DNA of 64,000 bases from the human T2T-CHM13v2.0 reference genome, Homo sapiens. Below the pieces are notes generated by a model, which made no database searches, was not told the DNA's origin, and saw nothing but the letters and a program-made list of their open reading frames with translations. Numbering within the stretch: the stretch's first letter is position 1; the number at the start of each line of letters is the position of its first letter. Positions 13,910-26,170 of the stretch are shown one piece after another. The position numbers were made by a program, and so were the translations under genes. The stretch is from NCBI RefSeq assembly GCF_009914755.1, contig NC_060936.1; one strand, written 5' to 3'.

Positions 13910-14815
13910 ATTTATTTTGTGCTGCTATAACAGAATACCACAGACTGGATAATTAATAATAAACAGAAATTTATTGATTCACAGTTCTGGAGGCTGAGAA
14001 GTCCAATATCAAGGTGCAGGCATTTGGCAATGGCCTTCTTGCTGTGTCATCAGATAGCAGAGAAGAGGAGAAAAAGTCTATGCCTGAAAGCCCCTGTGTA
14101 AAGACTTCATGGCCTAACCATCTCCTAAAGTTTCCACTTTTTAATACTGTTACAATGACAATTAAATTTCAACATGAGTTTTGCAGGAGGCAAACATTCA
14201 AACCATAGCATTCCACCCCGGCCCAAAAACTCATATCCTTCTCACGTACAAAAATACATTCATTCCATCCCAAGGTCCAAAAATCTTAAGTCGTTCAAGC
14301 ACCAACTCTTAAGTCCAAAGTCCAGAGTCTCATCTAAATCAGATATGCATGAGACTCAGGGTACAACTCATCTTGAGGCAAATTCCTCTGCAGCTGTCAG
14401 CCTGTAAAATCAAATAAGTTACCTACTTCCAAATCACAATAGTGGAAAAAAACTATGATAGACATTCCCATTCCAAAACAGACAGGTAGGCAAAGAAAAG
14501 GCTGGGGGAGAGTAACTGATCCCAAGCAAGTTTCAAACCCAACAGGGTACACAATATTTAATCTTAAGGCTCCAGAATTATCTTCCTTGACTCCATGTCC
14601 CATCTTCTGGACACACTAAAGCAGGGGTAGAGCCCCAAAGGCCTTGAATAGCTTCCCCCACCCATGGATCTGCCAGACTCAGCCCACAGAGCAGCTCTCA
14701 CAGATTGTAGTCTAAAGCCTCATCATCTTTTAAAGGCCCCACCTCTTACTACTGTTACAATGGCAATTAAACATCAACATGAGTTTTGAAGATGGCAAAC
14801 ATTTACACCATAGCA
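13910..14815 (-). mobile_element. MSTD-like MaLR provirus, internally deleted (LTR 13910-14210, internal 14211-14715, partial second LTR ~14720-14815)
   Basis: 'gctgctataacagaataccacagactgg' LTR end. The LTR start '...caacatgagtttt...aaacatt...accatagca' appears twice. MST-internal sequence lies between. Confidence 0.8.
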
Positions 14816-14874
14816 CTAAGTTTGACATTACTGATAACCTCTAATATACATTGATTCCCTTTTCCCTCTTCTTT

Positions 14875-15203
14875 TGTTATATAACAACCATTGTATTATG
14901 ATCACAGATTATCTGGGTCAGGAATTCAGAGAGGGCACAATGGGGATGGCATCTCTTTGCTGCACAACGTATAGAGTTCCACTGGGAAGACTCAAAGGAT
15001 GGGAGGATGAAATAATTTGAATACTGCTGCACTCAGAAGTATAGAAATTGATGTATGCTGTCATCGGGACCCCTACTACAGCTGTCAGTTGTAACACCTA
15101 CACGTGGCCTCTTTAAATAGCTAGTTTCGACTTCCTTGCAATGTGGCAGCTGGATATCAAGAGCAAGTGTCTCATAAGAACTACATAGAAATTGTACTAC
15201 CTT
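14875..15203 (-). mobile_element. MLT1H-like MaLR LTR fragment
   Basis: 'cacagattatctgggtcaggaattcagagagggcaca...cacctacacgtggcctct...caagagcaagtgt'. Confidence 0.65.
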
Positions 15204-15760
15204 AAAAAAACAGCTTTGTGGAGATATAATTCACATACCAAACAGTGATCCATTTAAAGTATACAATTTAATGATTTGCAGTGTAGTCACAGAGTTGTGC
15301 AACAATCACCAGGATTAATTTTTGAACATTTTTATCTCTGCAGATAAAGAAAATAATTCCCCATTTTCCCCTAATGCTCCCAGCCCTAGGCAACAACTTA
15401 TCTTTCTGTATGAATTTGCCTATTCTGGACATTTCATAAAAACAAAATCATATGCTATCTGGTCTTTTAAGTGTGATTTATTTCACTTAGAATAACTTTC
15501 TTTAAGCTCTGTTCATGTAATATGTATCAGTACTTAATTTCCTTTTATGTCCATGATATTTATGATATTCCATTGTGATTTTATTTGTTCATTGATTAGT
15601 TGATGGACATTTGAGTTGTTTCCAATTTGGGGCTATTTTGAATCATGTTAGTATGGGAGTGGAATTGATGGGCCATATGGCAACTTTGTGTGTAACCTTT
15701 TGAGGAACTGTATATCATTTTCTAAAGTGCTTACACCATTTTATTTCTGAACTCTCAATT
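15204..15760 (-). mobile_element. L1MB-type 3' end
   Basis: 'cagctttgtggagatataattcacatacc...catttaaagtatacaatt...cacagagttgtgcaacaatcacc...ttgcctattctggacatttcata'. Confidence 0.8.
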
Positions 15761-16542
15761 TTACTCCATTGGTTTCTTTATTTATCTTTATGTCAATATC
15801 ACGCTCTTGATTATTATAGCTTTGTTTCAGTTTGGAAATCAATAAATGTGAGTCTTCCAACTTTGCTTACAGTATACTGTTTAATTTCCACATATTTGTG
15901 AGTTTCCCAAATTTCTTTCTGTTACTGATTTCTAATTACACTCCATTATGACTGGAGGACATATACTGTATGATTTAAATTCTTTTAAATTTATTGACAT
16001 TTGCTTTACATCCTAGCATGTGGTCTATCCTGGAGAATAGTCTGTGTGCACTTCAGAAGAATGTGTATTCGGTTGTTGGGTGGACTGTCCTATAGATGTC
16101 TGTTTAGATCTAGTTGGTTTATAGTGCTTTTCAAGCTCTCTATTTTCCTCCTGTACATTGGTTTTCTATTTTACTAATTTTTGCTACTTTCTATGATTAT
16201 TTCTGTCCTACTTTTCTTTGTGTTTAATTTGCTTTTCTTCTTGAAATTTCTTAACATGCATGTTTTAAAAAGTTTTTCTCAAGTTATTTTTATTATTGCC
16301 CCCTAAGAAACTCTTTAGACATGCTTTTCTTAATTGGCTTCCTTTTCAAATTTAAATACTAAGGATATATTTTATATATATGTACTGTATATCTGCCTGT
16401 GCTTCATGTCTGAAAAGAATACGATTTTTTTCACTAATACTAATTTTTGTCCCCCGGATGAAATTACACCAGTTGAAAATCCATGTCTTAGGTTTTACCC
16501 ATCTTCTTTTACAATATATGTATTTAAGACAATAAACTTTTT

Positions 16543-16828
16543 TCTTCTTTTTTTCTTTTCTCTGAGACAGAGTCTCGCTCTGTTGCCCAGGCCAGAGTGC
16601 AGTGGTGTGATCTCAGCTCACTGCCACCTCCGCCTCCTGGGTTCAAGTGATTCTCCTGCCTCAGCCTCCTGAGTAGTTGGGGCTACAGGCTCCCACCACC
16701 GCACCCAGCTAATCTTTGTATATTTTAGTAAAGACAGGGTTTCACCGTGTTGGCCAAACTGGTCTCGAACTCCTGACCTCAGGTGATATACCCACTTCAG
16801 CCTCCCAAAGAGCTGGAATTACAGGCAT
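16543..16828 (-). mobile_element. AluS (Sx-like), slightly 5'-truncated
   Basis: Antisense Alu 'gagacagagtctcgctctgttgcccagg...ctcctgacctcaggtgat...attacaggca'. TSD aataaacttt at 16531-16540 and 16829-16838. Confidence 0.95.
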
Positions 16829-17309
16829 AATAAACTTTCTTCTAAAGATAGCTTTAGCTAGCTGCATTTCACAATTTTTAAAACACCTATTTTCATCATT
16901 ATTTAGTCAAAATATGTTCTAATTTCTACTGTAATTTCTTCTTTATCAATTTGTTAGAAGTGTGTTACTTAATTTTCAAATATAAAGGGATTTTCTATCT
17001 TTGTTCTTCTTGTTGATTTTTAATCTAATTCCACCGTTTCCAAAAAACATACTCTTTATGATTTTAATCCTTTAAAATTTTTTTGAAACTTACTTTGTGG
17101 CCCAGAATGTGATCAGTTTTTAATATTTGCCCCTGTTCATTGAAACCATGTTGTTGGGTATAATTTATAATTTTTCTATGTATGTCAATTAGCTCAAATT
17201 TGTTAAATATGTGTTCAAGTTTATTATATACTCATCAACCATTTGTGGTCTTGCCCTATCAACTATTGAAAGAAGTGTGTTAAATTTTCCCTCTATGATT
17301 GTTATTTTC

Positions 17310-17960
17310 TTATGACAAACACTAGGTTAATATCTTTAATATATACCAAGCTCATACAAATTTATCAGACCCCAGAAGATAGAGCAAAGGATATGGACAA
17401 TCCACAAAAGAGGAAATACAGTCGCTTCACATGAAAGATGCTCAACCATGCTATAAATCAATGAAATGCCAATGCTATTTTTTCATTATCAAATTAGCAA
17501 ATATTTAGCCAGATGATAATTCCAAATACTGGCAAGATGGCCATGTTTATACTTGCTGGTGGCAGTGTAAGTGGATACAAATGCTTCCGGAAACTATTTT
17601 GTCAATATGTAGTAAAAGCCTCAAAGGTTTTAATCTTCTTTAATTCAAGAATCCCACCTCTGAGAGTCTATCCTAAGAAAATAACTTGACATTGGGAAAA
17701 AGCCTTGTGCACAAAGATATTCATCAATTTATAACTAAAACTTAGTAACAGCATTAGTGATCAGCAACTGGCACAACAGTCCATCTAGTCGATGGAAGAC
17801 TACACAGCCACTCCAAAATAAAATTAGTAATAACATGGGGAGAGGCCCACAATATGCTCAGTGAAAACAGCTGCACAAAACTGAATCATTACAGAAGACA
17901 GCAGCATAACTATGTTAAAACATAATGCAACGAAACTATAGTTGGGGAAAAAAGCCTGAG
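17310..17960 (+). mobile_element. L1ME-type 3' fragment in sense orientation, nested in the antisense L1
   Basis: 'agcaaaggatatggaca...aaagaggaaataca...gaaagatgctcaacc...ttgctggtggcagtgtaa...caagaatcccacctctgagagtctatcctaagaaaataa'. Confidence 0.7.
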
Positions 17961-18924
17961 AGACACCAAAATGTGATATTTTGCTTCCTTCTTTCCTCTA
18001 CTTTCAAAAATGTATCTAACATGTGGTTTACATGGATAATGAGAAGACCTAGTAGGTCTGGTGCTTGTGTATGGAAGATTATTAATTTTTCTACTTTTAC
18101 TTCCATCAATTTTGGTTTCACATATCTTGAAGCTAAATTATCGGATCCATACTAATGTAGAATTGTTCTGTGTTTTGGGTGGAATGACACCTTTATGTTC
18201 TTCTTATCTACAGTATTTCTAACCTAGGTGTTTACTTTGCTTTATATTATTATAACAATACAAGCCTTCTTTAGTTACTGGATAAAAGGTATATCCTTTT
18301 CCATCCCTTTACTTTCAGTGTTTACATAAACTGAATGTAGCTAGATTTTGTTGCTCTATATAGCCTGTTTTATGCAGTTTTATCTTTGATTTTTAATTGA
18401 AGTATTACTGATCTACCTGGTTTTAAGTACACAATTTTAATACTTGTTTTCTGTTTGTTGCATTTGTTCTATGTCTCATTTTCACTCCTTCTTGCTTTCA
18501 TTGGAATAATTTATTATCGTTGTTGTTGTTTTCTTCTCATGTCATATGATTATATTTACTGTTTTATTCCATATTATCTTAAAAGTACAATATACATCAC
18601 TAACTTATTAACGCTGCTATAATTTACCACTTCCCAAACAATGAAAGGAACTTAGTACTTTTTAACTTCATTTACTCTCTTCCATCTTTGACTTATTGTT
18701 TACCTGTATCATTACGGACATCTTAAATGGCCTAAGATATTATTTTATTGTTTTAATCATTACTCATTTAGATTTATCCATGTATTTACCCTCTTCATTA
18801 CTCTTCATTCTTTCTTACATCTCTCTGTTCCGTTCTAAGATAATTTTCCATTTCCTTTTGTGTTTTCTTTAGTTCAGGTGTGCTGATAAAGAATTCTCTC
18901 ATTATTATTATTTTAATACGTCTT

Positions 18925-20305
18925 TATTTTGGCTTCATTTTATAACAACTTAAAATATAGTGGATTAAAAAAAGCTGAACATGTTCAGTTTATAGTGTGC
19001 AATTTGATAAGTTTTGACTTATGTAATACACGTGTGAAACTATACCATAATCAAGAGAGTGAATATATCCATCAACCTCAAAAGTTTTCTTGCACCTCAA
19101 TGGTTAATCTCTCCCTCCTGAAACTCCCAAGCAATCATTAATCTATTCTCTGTCACAATAGTTTACATTTTCTAAAATTTTATGTGCATGGAATTATATA
19201 GTATGTAATATCGTTTTTGTTTTGGTCTGGCCTCTCAGTCAATATAATTACTTTAAGACCACCCATTTGTTATAGTTTACTGTATGGATATATTACAAAG
19301 TACCCACTTACCTTTCGACAGACACTTGACTTGTTTAGAGTTTAGAGCTAATACAAATAAAACTGCTTTGAACATTTGTGTTTACATCTTTATATAGGCA
19401 CATGCTTTCACTTTTCTTATGTAATTAGGTGGAAATAGAATGGTTGATTCATATGGGAGGTATACTTTAACTATTTAAAAAATTGTCCAACTTTTCCACA
19501 GTGGTTACATCATTTTACTTTTCTACCAGCAGTGTATGAGAGTTCCAATCCCTCCATGTCTTTGCCAACACTTGGTATGGTCAGCTGGTTTAGTTTTAGC
19601 CATTCTAGTAGGTTTGTAGAAATATATAATTGTGGTTTTAATGATTACTTCCTAAAAATTAATTGTATTGAGTACCTTTTTATGCAGTAGTCCCCAACCT
19701 TCTGGCACCAGGAATCAATTCTGTGGAAGACAATTTTTCCATGTATTCATGAGGGGGCATTGCAGGGAGTGCAGAGTAGGAGGGAGATGGTTTCAGGATG
19801 ATTCAAGCCCATTACATTTATTGTGCACGTATTTCTATTATTATTACATTGTAATATATAATGAAACAATTATTCAACTCACCAAAATGTATATTCAGTG
19901 GGAGCCCTGAGCTTGTTTTCCTGCAACTAGACAGTCCCATCTGGGAGTGATGGGAGACATTGACAGATCATCAGGCATTAGATTCTCATAAGAAGTACAC
20001 AACCCACATCTCTCACATGTGCAGTTCACAATAGGATTTGCTCCTGTGAGAATCTAATGCTGCTGCTGATCTGACAGGAGGCGGAGCTCAGGTGGCTGTA
20101 AATACAGATGAGGCTTCACTCACTTGCCCACCACGCATCCCCTGTTGTGTGGTCTGATTCCTAACAGGCCATGGACCAGCCTTGTTGGGGAACTCTGTTT
20201 TTACGTTTTTATTTGTAGTTCATTTATCTTCTTTGGTGAAGAATCTGTTCAAATATTTTGCCCATTCTTTACTGGATAGTTTGTTTTCTTCTCATTAAGT
20301 TTTGA
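18925..20305 (-). mobile_element. L1MC/MD-type 3' end, interrupted by MER1A
   Basis: 'gtgtgcaatttgataagttttgac...accagcagtgtatgagagttcca...ccaacacttggtatggtcag...ttttagccattct'. Resumes after MER1A with 'tcttctttggtgaag...tgttcaaatattttgccc'. Confidence 0.75.
19685..20197. mobile_element. MER1A hAT-Charlie DNA transposon with 8-bp TSD
   Basis: TIRs 'cagtagtccccaacc' and 'gttggggaactctg'. Diagnostic 'gatcatcaggcattagattctcataag'. TSD tttttatg (19677-19684) / tttttacg (20198-20205). Confidence 0.92.
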
Positions 20306-21254
20306 GGATCTCCTCTCTCTGCACTGTGGACTGGAAAGTCTCTCAAGGCATTCAGTTGGGGTAATTGCAGTGCTTACCATTGCAGTGCTTACCATATCTG
20401 CTTCAAATCTCTCAGACATCATTTTGACTGCCTTCATGGCCAATGCCTTCAAACTTTTGATTTCTTTATTTTTTCCTGTTTTGTGTTTGCTTTAGGTAGG
20501 AGGGTAAATCCGTTTCCTATTACTCCATATTGTCTGGAAGCAGAAGTTCATATCTGCTCTGCCCTTTTTTAATGCTGCTTTTGCTGAACATAGAAATCTT
20601 TGGCACTTTGAAGATAATATGCATTGTGGTCTGTCTTGCATCATTTCTTTTGATAAGCCTTATTGTTGCTCCTTTAAAGGTATTATAATATTTTCTGACT
20701 TCCTTAAACATTTTTAACATTTTTATCTTAGTCTTTTGTATTCAGCAGTATTATTATCATGTATCTGTACGTGGTCTCTCTGTATTTATTCTGTGTTGGG
20801 ATCACATCACCTCTTGAACCTGTTGCTTCATGTCTTTCATTCATTTGGAAATTTTTCTGACATTATTCCTTCAAATAATAAATATTTCTTCTCTCTCTCT
20901 GCCTCTTTCTCTCTCCCCTCCCTCCCTTTCTTCTGTAATTCCAATTACACATATGTTAAGACATCTTGGCATTCCATATGCCTCTAATGCTCTTCCCTGA
21001 CATTTCTAATCCATTGTCTTTCTGTGCTTTAGTCAGGATATTTTCTTTTGATCTGTATTTCAGTTCAACAGTATTTTCTCCAACTAAATCTAATCTGTAG
21101 TTAAATATACCCATAAATCTGTTGATTTTAGGTATTTGTCAGTTCTAGAATTTCCATTTGAGTCTGAGGAGTGTATTTCTACTCTCTTCTGAAATTCTAT
21201 ATCTTACCATGTAATTTCATGAATGTATATTAATCACACTCACTTTAAGTCTAA

Positions 21255-21827
21255 CTACACAGGGATATGTTTTGAGAAATGTGCCATTAGGTGATTTTGT
21301 CACATAAACCTCATGGAGTGTACTTATACAAACCTAGATGGTATAACCTACTACACATCCAGGCTACATAGCATAGCTTATTTCTCCTAAGCTACAAACC
21401 TATATAGCATGTGACTGCACTGATTATTATAGGCAATTATAAAACAGTGGTAAGTATTTTTGTATCTAAACATAGAAAAGGTACAGTAAAAATGCAATAT
21501 AAAATATGTAAAAAATAGTATACCTGTATAGGGCATTTACCATGAATGGAGCTTGCAGGACTGAAAATTACTCTAAGTGAGTCACGGAGTCAGTGGTCAG
21601 TGAACGTGAAGGCCCAGAACACTATACTACCGTAGATTTTATAAACACTGTCTACTTAGGATACACTAAATTTATTTTAAAAATTGCACTATGACGCTAC
21701 AACATTATGATGGCTACAACATCACTAGGTAATAAAAATTGTTCAGCTCCATTTTAATCCTATGAGATCAACATCATATATGCTGTCCATTGTTGACTGA
21801 AATATTGTTATGTGGTGCATGAATGTA
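21255..21827. mobile_element. Tigger3 (Golem) family non-autonomous element
   Basis: 'gagtgtacttatacaaacctagatggtata', 'tatctaaacatagaaaaggtacagtaaaaa', 'taccatgaatggagcttgcaggactg', end 'gttatgtggtgcatgaatgta'. Confidence 0.85.
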
Positions 21828-23029
21828 CTTCAATAGTTGCATTAACTGTGGACCTGTTTCCATTTTATTCCTCTTGGTTCTGGGTGAATTTTTATCTTCT
21901 CTACCTTGTTATTTTTTATTCTGAGCAGTAGACTTTTTTATGAGAAAATATTGAAAGAACTTGAGGCTCTGGATGATGTTATAATCCTCCAGAGAACATT
22001 TACTTTTGCTTCTTGAAGAAAGTTAGTTTGGAGGAAGATCACAAATCAATCATGAATTGAGTTGCTTCAAAGCTGGGTACCTTATCCCTATTTTCCTCTC
22101 ATTCTATACATTCTCATCAGAAATATTTATTAATTTTTTGAATTAATTCCATGAATTCTAAAAATCTGATAAGGTGGTTCAGATGCTGGGCAATTAAAAA
22201 GAATGACAAGTGCCCACCTAGTTTGCGACCTCAAAAATGTAATGTCTAGGAAAGTATCAGTTCTATCAAATTTCATGCACATGTCTATTTAAATTTCTAG
22301 AAAACTAATTTGACCTGTTCAGAAATAGCTGAACAATGATAGTCTAATAACCTGGCATATTTATCAAATGTATGATTCTAGATTTTATGCCATAGGTGTG
22401 ATGAATGAGCTCCTTGTCATTTTTTTCTAATTGTGGCCTTCAGGTGATACAGTTGAAACAAATAAAATATACATTTTTTTCCGAACAAAAAGTGAAAGAC
22501 TATCAATAAAACCTAGAGCACTGGATACTACTATTTGAGGAGAGATATGAACTCACTTTTGGAGCCAATGAAAGCTACAGACTCCCTCCCAAATGGAATT
22601 GTAGAGAACCCATTTACATGCAAAATTTTGTGTACAGTTTTAGCATGCTTGGGTCCCAACTGAAGATCATGAGTGAATCTATTGCTAAGAATTCCTTCTC
22701 TAGAACAAAAAAACAGTTTTTTATTTTTTAAGCAAAAAGAAAAATGTGTAACATTGACGTTTCAAGAAACGCTTTCTCATTCAACACTTTTCAATCATGT
22801 AGGTCATAGAAACCACATTGCATATGTTTGCCTTTTTTTCTTTATCAGAGAAGTGAGAGTCACTAATAAGAAAGGGAAAAACTTATATAACCTTTAAATC
22901 ACAAAATATACTAAGAGCAAACACTAAATCTGTGAACACACAGAAGAAGAGGTGCCTGTCTCCAGCAAGTAGATTTCAGAGAAGAACTGGAGGCCAGCAG
23001 CCCATGCCATAAGCCACAGTGACAAACAA

Positions 23030-23720
23030 TGGACATATATATGGCTGTGTCACGCTCATAGTCAGATTTGTTAGGTCCACACAGTAATTAAAACATTTAT
23101 ATTAGTTGTCAACACTTAGAAATTGGGAGATTTCTTTTTTTTTCTTTTCCTTTTTTTTTTTTTTTTTTTTTTTGAGACAGAGTCTCTCTCTGTCTCCCTG
23201 GCTAGAGTGCAGTGGCACGATCTTTGCTCACTACCACCTCCACCTCCTGGGTTCAAACGATCCTCGTGCCTCAGCTTCCCAAGTAGCTGGGATTACAAGC
23301 ATGTGCCAACATGCTCAGCTAATTTTCTTTTATTTTCTTTTTTCTTTCTTTTTTTTGGGGGGGTGGGGGCGGTATTTTTAGTAGAGAGACTGGGTTTCAT
23401 CATGTTGGCTAGGCTGGTCTCAAACTCCTGGCCTCAAGTGATCTACCTGCCTCGGCCTCCCAAAGTGCTGGGATTACAGGTGTAAGCCACTGCCTGGCCA
23501 GGAGATTTCATATTAAAGTACTTTTTTCTGTCCCCTCTTTAAACGTCAAGAGATACAGACACAGTTGGCCCATATCTCTATGTTGCAATAATCAGCCTGG
23601 GATGAATAGCCACTTCCTGTTCTCCCAGTTCATTACAATCCTCAGAAGCACCTACTTCTCTGTTTCACTGATTTCTAGTACATGGTTGACTTCTGTAGGC
23701 ATTAGAGCTTGTGATTCATG
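23030..23720. mobile_element. MER102-like hAT-Charlie element, interrupted by an Alu
   Basis: 'ttagttgtcaacacttagaaattgggagatttca' and the end 'tgtaggcattagagcttgtga' resemble the recalled MER102 consensus. Confidence 0.5.
23135..23499 (-). mobile_element. AluS (Sz/Sx-like) with an expanded central linker
   Basis: Antisense Alu. TSD ggagatttc at 23126-23134 and 23501-23509. The linker carries extra T-rich and G-rich sequence (~23323-23372). Confidence 0.95.
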
Positions 23721-24589
23721 GTGGTCAGCCCTCAAATAAATGAATGTTGACCCAGTGTCGTGGAACGCTCCCTGCTGAGTGAGCCTGCTTTCCCCATTTC
23801 CTTCTATCTTAGAAAATTACACCTGGCTTCTCAAGGGGAGATTCCAAACTCATCCCATTCTCTCTGAATGCATCTCCACTCAATTTTTTCCAGATAACTT
23901 CCAGCTGACCTCTTCCCACACTCTTCTAAGGAACAAAGTTTCTTGAAAGGATGAAGGAGAAAGGACTGTGCCTGGAATGCTAACCTCACAGTTAACAACC
24001 TCTGTAGCATTCCCATTTCCCCACACCACTTTTTCTTTTCTGGTTTTTTTTTGGGGTTTTTTTGTTTTGTTTTGCTTTTTTAATTTTGACCTTCATTAGA
24101 AAGGTCATTGAAATACTTAGTGCTGAAAGCTATATCTGAAAAGACTGTATTTCTTAGTGAAAATGTCTTGGAGATCATCGTTAGTATTTGTGGCAGAGCT
24201 AGGTCAAAATTAACATATTACAACAGCTTGTGTCAGTCTGGGTTACGAACTTTCCATAAGAAAGTGTAGGCCGAAAGGTCACACTCATTAGCTCATACCA
24301 CAGAGAACTGCAGAATCCTAAAAGACAATTTCTTCTCTTTATAAATAAACAAGACTGATTTCCTCTTGCTCCAACCACCACCCCTTCTTACCCATACGTA
24401 TGACTTGCAAGCACACTACTCACCCACACTTCACAGCTATAATTTCTCTGTCATCCGTTTCTGTAAATTTGGTTTCCTTGAGTCAGTTCCCAGATTGCTT
24501 ATATACGATATACGCATTACATCATCCTACTTTTTCAGTTGCCTATACTCTTGTGAAAATGCATATTTAAATCCTTAATAAGCCACTAG

Positions 24590-25110
24590 CCCAGACCCCA
24601 ACAATGACTGCAATTAATAACAGAGTTCTCGCTCGCAATTCATCTTGTGTGACCTGTGCCAGTGGTATGATTTGTTAGTCATGAAACTTCTTTAACCTAC
24701 CTCCATTATGCAAATACAACAGGAAACGCGCTCTTCTGTTTCAGTTGCTGAAGTGTAGGCTGTGATCCTGTGTTGTACACTCCAGCTCACAGCCCACGGG
24801 AGGGACGCCAGAGTGTGGTAGGCACCAGTTGCTGCAGAGAGAGATGCTCAATGGACTCTGCACTCAGTTAGAACGACAAGCCTGATGTGGCCATGCATTC
24901 AGCATGACGTCAAAATGACAGGTTATGTTCTGTTACGTGTCCGCTGGTATCAGCTGTATTGATCCTGAGGTTGGTGAATGAAAGATGCCCTCACTTTACC
25001 ACTAATGCTGATTGCACTAACCTTGCACTAATCTTTCTAGGTGAGAGTTCAGATTCTCTGAGAGCCAAGCTGTATCCTCAGAGAAAAAAAGATGAGGAGA
25101 ATTTAAAGCA
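24590..25110. promoter_or_regulatory. Candidate enhancer with a full CRE and an octamer
   Basis: Repeat-free and retains CpGs. ATGCAAAT 24708-24715, TGACGTCA 24905-24912, TGACAG 24916-24921, TACGTG 24934-24939, CAGCTG 24951-24956. Confidence 0.4.
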
Positions 25111-25469
25111 CTTGGCCAAGGGCCTGGGTTTTTCCTCTTCTCTGCTGACCCCAACATCACCAACATAGAACATGTCAGCTCCTTCAGTTATTAGACAGCC
25201 AGCTCTGAAAGGTGCAGAAACTAAAAAGCATTTCTAACTATAGGAGTCTCAGAGTATTTCAGAGCTTCATGTCACCAGAAACACTATTTGCTTAGGCTAC
25301 CCCAAGGAGAGCCACTTGATTTTGCAAGAGGCTATCTTTTTCAATGGGTCCTGTCCTTTCTCTACCCTTTGTCACAAACCACCATCAATTCCTATATTAT
25401 AATTCCTGTGTCTCTAAATCAATTTCTCTCTCTCTCCCTCCCTCCTTCTCTTTCTGCCTCCTTCTTTAC

Positions 25470-26170
25470 AAAGCATGCTGTCTTTCAATTAACATAGTGA
25501 TGACCTATTGTCACCCGTTACCATGCTAATCCTGAGCTGGTGTGAAATTACTTTATAATAAACACTATGGAGCTGTGACTTTCAATTAATTTTTCACATG
25601 CTGCGCTAAATCAGATTAACGCTCCCCGCCACCACCACCCTTTGACCACAGACGTAATTCCTTCTTTATAATGAAATGGAGGATTAATTTATATGAAGCA
25701 TATCTGTACACATTTGCAAATAAATGTAAGGATAGACTTTGTGCCATATTTGCATTGTGCACTGTCTCAGGTTTAATACAGACTCTCTGAGATGATTAAT
25801 TTTTTGTGTTCACTGGGGTGGGGAAAGATATTTCCAGCTGTTGTTGTTTCTCTGTTAAATTCTAACTAAATGCCTCCACAAAGAATAAGCAAAGAAATGC
25901 TCACATATGCCGCAATGCTGAGAGAGTGGTGACTTCTTTCCTAAATCTCACAATGCCGCATTAGAAGAAGCTGAAGGAAAATGTAAACACTCTGAAATGG
26001 AAACAGTGAGCATTAACTGCTAAATTGATTGTTGTTTTCCCTGGATGTGCACCTTCACATTCATCCTGAATGAATGGAGGGGAGGGGGTAGAGTAGCTTT
26101 TTAAATGACCATTAAATGGAAGGAATTTGATGACAATTTCAAGCGAGTGATGGCTCATGCCTTTTTAAAA
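25470..26170. promoter_or_regulatory. Candidate conserved developmental enhancer
   Basis: RFX-like GTTACCATGCTAAT 25517-25530, TAATCC 25527-25532, GGTGTGAAA 25539-25547, GGATTA 25681-25686, ATTTGCAT 25748-25755 overlapping CATTGTG, TGATTAAT 25793-25800, TGTAAACA 25982-25989. Confidence 0.4.

Larger units (their letters stand above)
11370..21240 (-). mobile_element. Long, old, fragmented L1M elements (antisense) hosting many nested insertions
   Basis: Successive antisense L1 ORF2/3'-UTR motifs, e.g. 'atactcccaccaacag' (11629), 'gaccttatatccagtgaccttgctaaat' (12842), 'gaaccttgcattcctgaaat' (13307), 'gtctatcctggagaat' (16023) and ORF1-region remnants at 20580-20900. Probably several independent L1 pieces. 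Confidence 0.75.

Noticed and set aside
20364-20395. 15-bp tandem duplication attgcagtgcttacc x2
   Set aside because: A simple slippage duplication within decayed repeat sequence. There is no array or spacer structure.
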